A model generated the notes under the pieces. The model searched no databases. It was not told where the DNA came from and saw only the letters and a list, made by a program, of their open reading frames with translations. DNA of 64,000 nucleotides from positions 83,093-147,092 of the forward strand of contig CAYLLJ010000001.1 in NCBI GenBank assembly GCA_964384725.1, written 5' to 3'. Below, piece after piece: positions 10,632 to 20,028 of the stretch. Numbering within the stretch: position 1 is the stretch's first letter; the number at the start of each line of letters is the position of its first letter. A program made the translations under genes and the position numbers. The stretch is from an uncultured Oscillospiraceae bacterium. Lineage in GTDB: Bacteria > Bacillota > Clostridia > Peptostreptococcales > Anaerovoracaceae.

Positions 10632-10844
10632 ATTTAACACCTCATTCCTATTGTACATCGTATCCGTTCACAGACCATTCATATATTCGTATCTTAACAT
10701 ATCTTACGAAAAAATCAAACCGGTTTGCCCGGCAATCGCATCTCCGTAAGGTTGTTCCAATAGCGTACCGGTTTGTTATCAGACGCTTTATCAATAAAAT
10801 ATTTTGTGATATAATTCTGAGATATTAAATGAGGAGGAGCACAC

Positions 10845-11954
10845 ATGGATAATCGAAAAACCGCCCTGGTATTAGGCGGCGGAGGATCAAGAGGAGCTTA
10901 TGAGATCGGTGTTTGGCAGGCTTTGAAAGAGCTGGGCATACGGATAGATATTGTAACAGGCACTTCTGTCGGCGCCATCAACGGTGCGATAATAGCACAA
11001 GATACTTTTGATCTGGCTGTTTCCTTGTGGAAAGAGATAGATACATCCAAAGTGTTCGACACTGATATAAAAGATATTATTGCAAATTCGGGGATCGGAA
11101 CAGGAAAGTTAAAAGACCTGCTTTATACGTATCTTGATGAAGACGCAATCCGAAAATCGACTATGGATTATGGGTTTGTTATCGTTGAACTTCCCTCTAT
11201 GAAACCCAAATACCTCATGAAAGAAGAAATACCCAAAGGAATGCTGATCGATCATATTATGGCGGGCTGCACTCTCTTTCCTGCTATGAAAACTTATGAG
11301 ATAAACAGTTTACGATATATAGACGGCGGCTTTTCCGACAACCTTCCGGTCGGCATGGCTGTCGACCATGGTGCAACGCATGTAATTGCGGTAGATCTGG
11401 AAGTAATAGGCATTATCAGGAAAAAAAGATTCAATGATGCCGATTTTATAAGAATAATACAATGCCCTTGGGATTTAGGGAATATGCTGGTTTTTAACAC
11501 CCTCAACACAAGCAAAATACTTCGCCTTGGATATTTGGATACTTTAAAGGCCTTTCATGTATATGACGGTGATCAGTTTTGCTTTGTTAAGGATGACTTC
11601 GACCGCAGAAGTCTTCGGGGCGCTGATTCAGCCGGAGCTATTTTCGGGCTTGATGCAGGGTTGATTTACAAAAAGTATATTTTCGATATGCACTTGAAAA
11701 ATGCGGTTGATAAGCATATCAAAGAGATTGAAAAGGAACCGCACGGCGAGTCAGATACAATGATAGACAAGTTATTAGGCGGGATTATCAAGGCTAAAGC
11801 GGCGCTGAACCAGAAAACACTTACCATTACGATTTCACGGAAGCTGAAGGAAAACAGAGATATGGAAAGGTTACTTCTTGCAAAGCCGGTAATGAATCTG
11901 CTTAAGGAAGAAACTCTTGCTGCCAATTATTTAATCAAGGAGGGTCTTATTTAA
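10845..11954 (+). CDS. Patatin-like phospholipase
   Basis: GGGGSRG, GTSVG nucleophile, DGG motif. Confidence 0.92.
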   Translation: MDNRKTALVLGGGGSRGAYEIGVWQALKELGIRIDIVTGTSVGAINGAIIAQDTFDLAVSLWKEIDTSKVFDTDIKDIIANSGIGTGKLKDLLYTYLDEDAIRKSTMDYGFVIVELPSMKPKYLMKEEIPKGMLIDHIMAGCTLFPAMKTYEINSLRYIDGGFSDNLPVGMAVDHGATHVIAVDLEVIGIIRKKRFNDADFIRIIQCPWDLGNMLVFNTLNTSKILRLGYLDTLKAFHVYDGDQFCFVKDDFDRRSLRGADSAGAIFGLDAGLIYKKYIFDMHLKNAVDKHIKEIEKEPHGESDTMIDKLLGGIIKAKAALNQKTLTITISRKLKENRDMERLLLAKPVMNLLKEETLAANYLIKEGLI

Positions 11955-13059
11955 ATTGTTTGATCAGAAAATCACACAGATTTTGGGTTGAATCTTGCTT
12001 TTTATAAATTTCAATTGACGAGCGCAGCATTTTAATCCGGTTAGGATTTTGAAACAGAGTAAATACCGCTTCATCAAGCGGAAAAGAATTGGTCGCATAT
12101 ATGGCCAGTCCGTTATTCATCATAAATTCAACGTTTCGCATCTCATGACCCGGGATAGGATTTACCATGATCATCGGCAGCCCCTTCGAAAGAGCTTCTG
12201 AAGCAGTGATACCTCCCGGTTTCGTTATAATACAGTCAGCCGCATCCATCATAACGTCTACGTTATCAACATAACCGTATATATCAAAACGCTTCTTCGT
12301 TGTAAGATTTTTCACCTTTTTATACATTTTTTTGTTATTTCCGCAAACAACAATAACTTGGAAGTCTATTTCCAACCGATCGATCATCTCGATTGATTCA
12401 TCAATTTTTCCGTATCCCATGCTTCCGCTCATCAGCAATATCGTATTCTTATGTAAATCAAGATTTAGCATGCTTCTTGCAATATCCTGATCTATGTGCT
12501 CTGAAAACTTAGACTTGATAGGGATCCCCATCGGAAGCATTTTTACGGGATCCAATCCCTTCTTTTCCATCTGAAATTTTAGCTGCTCATGGGGAGTCAC
12601 ATAATAATCAAGACGTCTTGCTTCCTCCCACAGCGGATGAACGGTAAAGTCCGTTACTATACCTACTGTTATAGCCTCGATCCAGTACTTTTCCTTCATA
12701 ATGCTGACGAGTATGGAAGAAAGGACGTGGGTACATATGATAACATCTGGCTTCGTTTCTTCTATATACTTATTTAAATCCTTTGCCCAAACAGTATTTG
12801 TAATCTTCTGTACGGAATATTTTTTTGAAGGATTGTTCTTTTTTACTACAATATCATAAAGCTTCGAAGAGATCCTTTTCGCATATGCGGAAGATAGCAG
12901 ATACCCTTTAGATACCAGATAGGAAAGAATCGGCTCTATATATTCATAGGCATCAAGAACCTCACAGTCGACGCCGCGCTGTTCAAATGCATCTTTTATC
13001 GCCTGACCTGCGGCAATATGACCTTGACCGGTTGAAATACTCAATATCAGTACTTTCAT
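11947..13059 (-). CDS. MGDG synthase family (GT28) diacylglycerol glycosyltransferase, UgtP-like
   Basis: STGQGH, IICTH, VTDFTVHPLW, ITKPGG.T.SEA, PIPGHE..N. Confidence 0.9.
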   Translation of the reverse strand: MKVLILSISTGQGHIAAGQAIKDAFEQRGVDCEVLDAYEYIEPILSYLVSKGYLLSSAYAKRISSKLYDIVVKKNNPSKKYSVQKITNTVWAKDLNKYIEETKPDVIICTHVLSSILVSIMKEKYWIEAITVGIVTDFTVHPLWEEARRLDYYVTPHEQLKFQMEKKGLDPVKMLPMGIPIKSKFSEHIDQDIARSMLNLDLHKNTILLMSGSMGYGKIDESIEMIDRLEIDFQVIVVCGNNKKMYKKVKNLTTKKRFDIYGYVDNVDVMMDAADCIITKPGGITASEALSKGLPMIMVNPIPGHEMRNVEFMMNNGLAIYATNSFPLDEAVFTLFQNPNRIKMLRSSIEIYKKQDSTQNLCDFLIKQFK

Positions 13060-13162
13060 AATCGTGTTCCCCTCTTAACTGATAATATCTTATTCTTAAG
13101 ATACCATATTTCATGCAATGGGAAAAGATGATTGTATGAGATTCACTTTTCTTTTCAGCCTT

Positions 13163-13774
13163 TTATTTTTCACCATCCTGTTCATTGCCGGCTTTTGTCT
13201 TTGCAGATCCGCCTGTTGGAATGTTCTTGATTGGTTTATAGGTAAAATATTCTCTGGCAGGTGTCTTATAAAGCGCTGCAGCCAGTAAAACGGCTAAAGC
13301 AGTTCCTGCGCTAAACTGCAGTATATTCCAGGGTATCCCTAAAATAGCAACAATAAAATTCCCGTATATCAAACCTTCTGCGACATAGTATCCGGCAACC
13401 ATGACAAGGCCTGCAATCAACATCCCGATAAGCTGCCGAACCGGTACGCCAAGAATGCTCCTTCCCTGCTTGCCGATAGAATTCAGAACAAACAGACCCA
13501 TGACTATAGCCATGAGGCCTTTAATAATCAGAGTCCAAGGCGCCCATATTGCATATCCTATAAGGAGATCTGCCAAAGCTGAACCAAACCCTGCGGCAAC
13601 GGCACCATACCTCCAGCCTAAAATCAATACAGAAAGGAAAATCATAGTATCTCCGAGGTGGATATAGCCATTGCCAAACGGAACAGGTATTATGATCAGG
13701 ATCGTTGCAACAACAATCATGGCCATCATCAGCCCCGTCAATATTAATTTAGTTGTACGCTCTTTATTTGTCAT
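13163..13774 (-). CDS. ECF transporter S component (probably vitamin B6/HMP type)
   Basis: GYIHLGD, GSALADL..GY..WAPWTLIIKG, IPWNILQ; divergent from a MocR/PdxR regulator. Confidence 0.85.
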   Translation of the reverse strand: MTNKERTTKLILTGLMMAMIVVATILIIIPVPFGNGYIHLGDTMIFLSVLILGWRYGAVAAGFGSALADLLIGYAIWAPWTLIIKGLMAIVMGLFVLNSIGKQGRSILGVPVRQLIGMLIAGLVMVAGYYVAEGLIYGNFIVAILGIPWNILQFSAGTALAVLLAAALYKTPAREYFTYKPIKNIPTGGSAKTKAGNEQDGEK

Positions 13775-13833
13775 ATTCAGTCCCTGCTTTCTCGTGTTCT
13801 CTTGACACGATTGATTTACTGATTTATAATACT

Positions 13834-13867
13834 ATAAAATTGTATATTAGTTAATATGCAATTTTAT
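13834..13867. promoter_or_regulatory. Imperfect inverted repeat, candidate MocR/PdxR operator
   Basis: ataaaattgtatatt-agtt-aatatgcaattttat (15-bp arms, one mismatch) in the divergent intergenic region. Confidence 0.45.
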
Positions 13868-13931
13868 TTATTTTCAAGTATACAGTTTATATTGTTTTTG
13901 ATTTTTCTAAGACCATAAAAGGTACAGTACA

Positions 13932-15353
13932 ATGAAAGCTATCATCCCGGATTTTCAGGCAGGGTCTGCCGTTCCTTTATATTTACAGCTTTATATCTAC
14001 GTGAAAGCTGCCATTCTTGATGGGAACATCCTTCCTGCTGAAAAACTTCCATCACTCAGGAGCCTGTCCAAAAGTCTCGGGCTTAGTATTACCACTATAG
14101 AACTGGCGTATAATCAGCTTCTTGTAGAAGGATATATTTACAGCAAGCCTCAATCCGGATACTATGTAAATCGAATTTCTTCAGGGATGGGAAGTGTCAG
14201 CCGTGATACAAATTCCGCTTTTCATGAAATGGTTTCACTTCCGCAAGCCGAGCTCTTATCCGGATATGAGCAGAATGGCTATTATGATGCATCATGCTTT
14301 GATTTTGTAAAATGGAAGAAATGCATTAACCAAGTGCTGACCGAATACTCTCACCTTTTGTTGAGCGAAGGCAATCCTCAGGGTGAAAAGGCACTGAGGC
14401 AGGAGATTTCAAAATATGTATACCAATCAAGAGGGGTGATATGTACTCCCGAGCAAGTCGTTATAGGTGCCGGAACTCAGCAAATTACAGGACAGCTTTG
14501 CACCATTTTAATTAAAACAGGCTTGAAACATGTCACTTTAGAGGAACCGGGCTATCTTCCCGTGAGAAACATTTTCCGCGACCGGGATTTTGCTATTACA
14601 TCCGTACCTGTAGGCAAAGAAGGGATTCCAATATCAAAGCTCCCAGTTCATATACGGTCCGCTGTATATGTGAGCCCTTCCAATCAGTTCCCTACCGGTT
14701 ATGTCATGCCTATCGGAAAGCGGTATGAGCTGCTGGACTGGGCAGCAAAAAACGACAGCATCGTGATAGAAGATGATTATGACAGCGAGCTCCGCTATTT
14801 CGGTAAGCCGATTCCTTCTCTTCAAGGCTTGGATCACAGCCAAAAAGTGGTTTACCTTGGCTCTTTTTCTTCTACTTTATTTCCATCCATAAAAATCAGC
14901 TATATGATTCTGCCGCCGTACATGGCTGAGATTTTCGATACGTTTCGCGGTGATTATACCCAGACCTGCTCAAAGACGGAACAGCTTACTCTTGCTCTTT
15001 ATATGTCAAAAGGCTTATATCAGAAAAATATCAAGAAATTGAGGACGTTATATTCGCAAAAATTACAGGTTGTGCTATCCTTATTGGAAAAGTTGGGCAA
15101 AGGGTTTATTAAACCCATAAAATTTTCATCGGGTCTCAATATGCTTCTCAGTATAAAAAGTAAAAAAACAGCTTCCCAATTGTGTCAGGAAGCAAAGGAA
15201 CTTGGAATAAGCACTCTTCCCATCGCCTCTTATGCGGCGCCTCCGACGGAAGATACAGTAATTCTCATATTCTATTATAATCAGATTCCTCTCAAAGATA
15301 TGGAGTCTGCGGTGAAAGACCTTATTTCTAAATGGAAGACATTTCTGCAATAA
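13932..15353 (+). CDS. MocR/GabR family (GntR HTH + PLP aminotransferase-like) regulator, PdxR-like
   Basis: PLYLQLY..KLPSLRSL..AYNQLLVEGYI HTH; PSNQFPTG, IEDDYDSE, YLGSFS. Confidence 0.92.
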   Translation: MKAIIPDFQAGSAVPLYLQLYIYVKAAILDGNILPAEKLPSLRSLSKSLGLSITTIELAYNQLLVEGYIYSKPQSGYYVNRISSGMGSVSRDTNSAFHEMVSLPQAELLSGYEQNGYYDASCFDFVKWKKCINQVLTEYSHLLLSEGNPQGEKALRQEISKYVYQSRGVICTPEQVVIGAGTQQITGQLCTILIKTGLKHVTLEEPGYLPVRNIFRDRDFAITSVPVGKEGIPISKLPVHIRSAVYVSPSNQFPTGYVMPIGKRYELLDWAAKNDSIVIEDDYDSELRYFGKPIPSLQGLDHSQKVVYLGSFSSTLFPSIKISYMILPPYMAEIFDTFRGDYTQTCSKTEQLTLALYMSKGLYQKNIKKLRTLYSQKLQVVLSLLEKLGKGFIKPIKFSSGLNMLLSIKSKKTASQLCQEAKELGISTLPIASYAAPPTEDTVILIFYYNQIPLKDMESAVKDLISKWKTFLQ

Positions 15354-15446
15354 ATGCCTTGCTTTGGCCAAAAACCTCTTCAATTCGCCTATCCAACGAA
15401 AATATGCTACTATGTATACAGTAAAAATTAATAAAGGTGAACGAAT

Positions 15447-16028
15447 ATGATAACAGATAAACATACTATACGGAAACAAATCCTGGAAAAAAGGTCTGCA
15501 CTGACGTGCGAAACCGTTGATTTAGCAGGTAAGACAGCTGCAGAAAAACTCGCTTTAACGGAAGAATACCGTAAGGCGAAAACGGTCATGCTCTATATGG
15601 ACTTCCGCAATGAGGTGCCAACCGGAAATATAATTGATATGATTCGCTCTTCAGACAAAATGCTTATCCTTCCATATACAAACAGCGCATTTATGATACT
15701 TCCCTATGAAATCCCGAATACCGGCAGTCTAAAAGATTATCTTTTTCAATCCGGATTCGGCATATCGGAACCGGATCCGGCACTTTGCAAGGAAGCAGAT
15801 CCGCTGTCCATCGATCTGATCGTTATCCCCGGCAGTGTTTTTGATATTAATAATAACCGCATCGGTTACGGCAAAGGCTGCTATGACAGATTCCTTCCGA
15901 AGCTCTCCGACAGTGCTTGTAAGATTGCTTTAACTTATGATTTTCAGGTTTTACCATCTGTGCCCGCCGGTCCTGCAGACGTAAAGATGGATAAGATATT
16001 GATAATCAATACTGCCCGCCTTGAATAA
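15447..16028 (+). CDS. 5-formyltetrahydrofolate cyclo-ligase
   Basis: K..IRK, EVPT, FGISEP, DLIVIPG..FD..NRIGYGKGCYDRFL. Confidence 0.92.
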   Translation: MITDKHTIRKQILEKRSALTCETVDLAGKTAAEKLALTEEYRKAKTVMLYMDFRNEVPTGNIIDMIRSSDKMLILPYTNSAFMILPYEIPNTGSLKDYLFQSGFGISEPDPALCKEADPLSIDLIVIPGSVFDINNNRIGYGKGCYDRFLPKLSDSACKIALTYDFQVLPSVPAGPADVKMDKILIINTARLE

Positions 16029-16052
16029 AAAATATACAATGGAGGATAAGGT

Positions 16053-17564
16053 TTAGCTCGTCAGGTCCCTGAATATTTCTTCCACCGTTTCCATTTTATT
16101 AGATCGGTAGGCATTGCTTCCTGCGAACACGAGTCCATTTTCGATATCGCCTTTTGCCGCATTAAGGAGTGCCTGCGTGATGCAATAGGGAGCTTCCTCA
16201 GCTTTGCACGGTATCAGGCAGCGATTGCATTTTTCCGGCGGGATTCTGCCCTTTTCCACCCTTTCGACAAAAGGAGTTTTTATTGCTCTTCCCGGCATGC
16301 CTACCGGGCTTTTAATCACAGCCATATCCTCTTTTGACGCTTTCAGGTAAGCCTCTTTGAATTTCGGATGGACATCGCACTCTTCAGTTGTCACAAAGCG
16401 TGTTCCCATCTGTACACCGTCAGCCCCGTAAGATAATGCCTTCTGCACATCTTCTTTCGTGTAGATCCCTCCTGCGACAATAAGAGGACAGCCGGGCAGA
16501 TCTTCGATCTCCTCTTTGATTTCCATGATCGTATCGTAAAAATGCTCTTGTGCCTCCTCTAACTGCTCTTCTTTAAACCCTAAATGTCCGCCTGCCATCG
16601 GGCCTTCATAAAGAATCGCATCGGGAACACGATTATATTTTTTTGACCAGTTTTTAATTATCAGTCCTGCAGCTCTCGCCGATGAAACAATGGGTACGAT
16701 CTTGACCTTGCTGTTCTTCACGTCTCCCGGCAGCGACATCGGTAAGCCGGCTCCTGAAATGATCATATCAACGCCTGCCTCAACTGCCGCTTCTACAAAC
16801 TCATCGTAATTTCTGCTGGCATACATTATGTTTACTGCGATCAATCCCTTGTTCGGGACATCTTTTATCGCCTCTTTCGCTTCACGAATATTCCTCTTCA
16901 AGGCGCGTATATTGGCATCCTTCGGTTTGCTGTAGAAATCCGGTTCCAGAAAACCGATCTGAGCGGCAGAAATCACTCCAACGCCTCCACATTTGACAAC
17001 GGCAGCTGAAAGCCTGGATAAGGAAACACCGATCCCCATTCCGCCTTGAAAGATCGGAACAGGAATTGTAACATCACCCAAAGTAAGAGGCATCAGCTTT
17101 AGTGGAGCACCTCCCTTAATCGTTTTGATTCTTTGTCTTTTGAAAAAATCCCTGATCGTTTCAAGAGACTGGAGCAATACAGCTTGTTCTTCATCATTGA
17201 GATCTGCAATCACGTCGCTAATCAAATTCCAATGAAATTCTTCATGCTCCCGTACTGCTTCTGCTCCTTCTTCTGTAAGCTCAATTTTCACTATCCTGCG
17301 ATCCTCCGGGATGCGGTGCCGATTGACATACTTTTTATCTACCAGTTTATTAATTGCGGTTGTCAAAGTACTTACGCTGATCTTTAAGCTTGCTGCGACC
17401 TGTGTCATGGTTTTAGCTTTGCCTTTCCCGATGGCCGCAAGAGTATGAGTTTCCGTAATTGAAAGATTGTGCCGTGATGAGTTCTTAATGGCATCTTCCT
17501 CAATCTTCAGAACGTTGTTAAACAGGTTTACCAATATATCATTTAATTTTTTTGTTGTTTCCAT
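16053..17564 (-). CDS. MarR (FabT-like) regulator fused to a nitronate-monooxygenase-family FMN/Fe-S enzyme (FabX/UfaA-like)
   Basis: ATG 17564 after AGGAGAAGG. About 150-aa MarR domain (LVNLFNNVLKIEE..LSITETHTL..STLTTAINKLVDKKYV.R...DRRIV.I.LT..G), then PIFQGGMGIGVS, SGAGLP, EGPMAGGHLG, GVQMGTRF, CNRCLIPC...YC. Confidence 0.88.
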   Translation of the reverse strand: METTKKLNDILVNLFNNVLKIEEDAIKNSSRHNLSITETHTLAAIGKGKAKTMTQVAASLKISVSTLTTAINKLVDKKYVNRHRIPEDRRIVKIELTEEGAEAVREHEEFHWNLISDVIADLNDEEQAVLLQSLETIRDFFKRQRIKTIKGGAPLKLMPLTLGDVTIPVPIFQGGMGIGVSLSRLSAAVVKCGGVGVISAAQIGFLEPDFYSKPKDANIRALKRNIREAKEAIKDVPNKGLIAVNIMYASRNYDEFVEAAVEAGVDMIISGAGLPMSLPGDVKNSKVKIVPIVSSARAAGLIIKNWSKKYNRVPDAILYEGPMAGGHLGFKEEQLEEAQEHFYDTIMEIKEEIEDLPGCPLIVAGGIYTKEDVQKALSYGADGVQMGTRFVTTEECDVHPKFKEAYLKASKEDMAVIKSPVGMPGRAIKTPFVERVEKGRIPPEKCNRCLIPCKAEEAPYCITQALLNAAKGDIENGLVFAGSNAYRSNKMETVEEIFRDLTS

Positions 17565-17577
17565 GAACCTTCTCCTA

Positions 17578-18003
17578 TTAACCAATCGCAAACAGGATCT
17601 CGCACTGACAAGCAATTTTATCTCCCAGATATGCTGTGGCTTTCCCGCTACCCGCCTTCGATCTGATACGATCCAGGACAACTTCAAGGCGAAGCGTGTC
17701 CCCGGGGACTACTTTTTGACGAAATTTTGCATTTTTAATGCCTCCAAAATATGCAATTTTTCCACGATGCTCTTCCATGGACAAAATTGCTACAGTTCCG
17801 GCTTGAGCCAGAGATTCTATTATAAGAACGCCGGGCATTACTTTTTCCTGAGGGAAATGCCCCCGGAAATAGTATTCATCCTCGCGAACATATTTCATAG
17901 CAACAATACGCTTTCCCTCTTCTATTTCAACAACTTCGTCGATTAGCAGAAAAGGATCTCTATGCGGTATTATTTCTTTGATCTGTTCAATATTTAAAAT
18001 CAC
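17578..18003 (-). CDS. fabZ: 3-hydroxyacyl-ACP dehydratase
   Basis: IPHRDPFLLID, FRGHFP..VMPGVLIIESLAQ; GTG start overlaps the fabF stop (GTGA). Confidence 0.96.
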   Translation of the reverse strand: MILNIEQIKEIIPHRDPFLLIDEVVEIEEGKRIVAMKYVREDEYYFRGHFPQEKVMPGVLIIESLAQAGTVAILSMEEHRGKIAYFGGIKNAKFRQKVVPGDTLRLEVVLDRIRSKAGSGKATAYLGDKIACQCEILFAIG

Positions 18004-19232
18004 TTTTGCGCCCCCTTTAACAGCAGACATCCATTGTGGCCGCCAAATCCGAGAGAATTTGACATTGCATAGTTGAGAGCCTGCTTTCTTGCTGTACCCG
18101 GAACATAATCCAAATCCATCTCTTCATCAGGAACTAAAAGATTTATAGTCGGCGGAATTACTCCATCCAGCAAAGCATTAATGCAAACAATTGCCTCCAC
18201 TACACCGGCCGCGCCTAATAGATGCCCCGTCATGCTCTTGGTGGAACTGACCGGGATCTTGTACGCCGCATCTCCGAATACTTTTTTTATAGCTCTTGTC
18301 TCAAACAGATCGTTGTATGGAGTTCCCGTTCCGTGTGCATTTATATAAGAAACCTCTTCAGGTTTGATTCCTGCTTCCTGAATGGCAAGTTCCATCGCCT
18401 TTGCGGCACCGGTACCTTCCGGTGACGGCATCGTTATATGATAAGCGTCGCATGTTGTCCCGTAACCCGCAATCTCAGCATATATCTTAGCTCCTCTTGC
18501 GACGGCATGCTCATATTCTTCAAGTATCACAATGCCCGCACCTTCTCCCATGACAAAGCCGTCTCTTTCCTTGTCGAATGGCGTGGAGCATCTGTTTGGA
18601 TCCTCCCTCGTAGATAAAGCTGTCATATTTGCAAATCCCGAAAAGCAAACCGGTGCGAAAGATGCTTCCGATGCACCGGCAACCACTGCGTCAGTATAAC
18701 CATGCTTAATGGACCGATACGCCTCACCTATTGCATGGGTCCCTGTCGCACATGCTGTAACTATGCCCAGGCAGCTGCCTGTTGCTTTGCATGCTATAGC
18801 TATATTACCCGCTAAAATATTCCCGATAACAGAAGTGACCAGAAACGGGGATACCCTCGTGATACCCTTTTCCATAGCCTTCTGCACTTCATTTTCCAGC
18901 GTCATGACTCCACCGATCCCGGAACCTACCAATACGCTTAATTTTTCTGCCTCTATATTTTCTCCGCTTACAAGCCCGCTGTCCGCCATGGCTTCCAGTG
19001 CTGCTGTTACTCCGTATTGAGAGTAAAGGTCGCTTCTTCTTGCTTCTTTTTTGTCATGGAATACAAAATCCTTTACTTCTGCTCCATTTTTAGCTTTTTG
19101 TAGTTCCGGGTCAAAATGGGTAATCCTGGCGATACCATTTTTACCTGCCTTGATTCCCTCCCAAAAGTCCTTCACATTATTTCCCAGGGGCGTTACCGCT
19201 CCCATCCCTGTAATAACTACCCTTCTATTCAT
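18000..19232 (-). CDS. fabF: Beta-ketoacyl-ACP synthase II
   Basis: RRVVITGMG, TACATG, YINAHGTGT, KSMTGHLLGAAG, NSLGFGGHN. Confidence 0.97.
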   Translation of the reverse strand: MNRRVVITGMGAVTPLGNNVKDFWEGIKAGKNGIARITHFDPELQKAKNGAEVKDFVFHDKKEARRSDLYSQYGVTAALEAMADSGLVSGENIEAEKLSVLVGSGIGGVMTLENEVQKAMEKGITRVSPFLVTSVIGNILAGNIAIACKATGSCLGIVTACATGTHAIGEAYRSIKHGYTDAVVAGASEASFAPVCFSGFANMTALSTREDPNRCSTPFDKERDGFVMGEGAGIVILEEYEHAVARGAKIYAEIAGYGTTCDAYHITMPSPEGTGAAKAMELAIQEAGIKPEEVSYINAHGTGTPYNDLFETRAIKKVFGDAAYKIPVSSTKSMTGHLLGAAGVVEAIVCINALLDGVIPPTINLLVPDEEMDLDYVPGTARKQALNYAMSNSLGFGGHNGCLLLKGAQK

Positions 19233-19249
19233 ATTCTTCCTCTTTCCTC

Positions 19250-19999
19250 TCAGATGGACATTCCGCCATCGACTCCTAAAATCTGCCCTGTTATATATGC
19301 AGCTTGATCAGAAGCCAAAAATGCTACCGCATTAGCAACATCCGAGGTCTTACCGGCACGCCCGAGACTTATAGCTTCCGTCATTGATTTTTTTTGTTCC
19401 TCTGTTAATATCTCTGTCATATCTGTTTCTATAAACCCGGGAGCCACCGCATTGACAGTGATGCCTCTTTTCCCAAGCTCTTTAGCGGCGGACAATGTCA
19501 TTCCTATGACTCCTGCCTTTGATGCACTATAATTAACCTGCCCTGCATTTCCGCGAATTCCGACGATGGAGGAAATGTTGATAATTCTTCCATGCTTCTG
19601 CTTGATCATAAACGGTGCTGCTGCCCGAAGAAAGTAAAAACTGCCGTTCAAGTTTGCCTGAACAACATCGTTAAAGTCGGATGCCGTCATTCTCATTATT
19701 AATTTATCTTTAGTAATTCCCGCATTATTTACCAGTATATCTATCTTGCCGAAAACTTCGACTGCCAATTTGGCTGCAGCCTCACCATGAGTAGGATCTG
19801 AAATGTCTCCTTTGATCACTTCCACACGTGTTCCGTATTGTTTCAGCTCTTCTGCTGTTTTTTTTGCTGCTTCTTCATTGCTGCGGTAACAAAGAAGTAC
19901 ATCAGCTCCCTGTCTGCAGAACTCCTCAGCGATTGCTCTGCCGATTCCTCTGACACCGCCGGTTATCACTGCGCTTTTTCCTTTAAGCATCTTAGTCAC
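19250..19999 (-). CDS. fabG: 3-oxoacyl-ACP reductase
   Basis: TGGVRGIG, NNAGIT, NYSASKAG, VAPGFIETDMT. Confidence 0.96.
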   Translation of the reverse strand: MTKMLKGKSAVITGGVRGIGRAIAEEFCRQGADVLLCYRSNEEAAKKTAEELKQYGTRVEVIKGDISDPTHGEAAAKLAVEVFGKIDILVNNAGITKDKLIMRMTASDFNDVVQANLNGSFYFLRAAAPFMIKQKHGRIINISSIVGIRGNAGQVNYSASKAGVIGMTLSAAKELGKRGITVNAVAPGFIETDMTEILTEEQKKSMTEAISLGRAGKTSDVANAVAFLASDQAAYITGQILGVDGGMSI

Positions 20000-20028
20000 C
20001 TCTTTCTAACAGACGCTGCGATCATATC

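Noticed and set aside
17565-17687. 41-aa N-terminal extension of the MarR fusion in the ORF track
   Set aside because: It overlaps fabZ; the real start is ATG 17564 with its own RBS.
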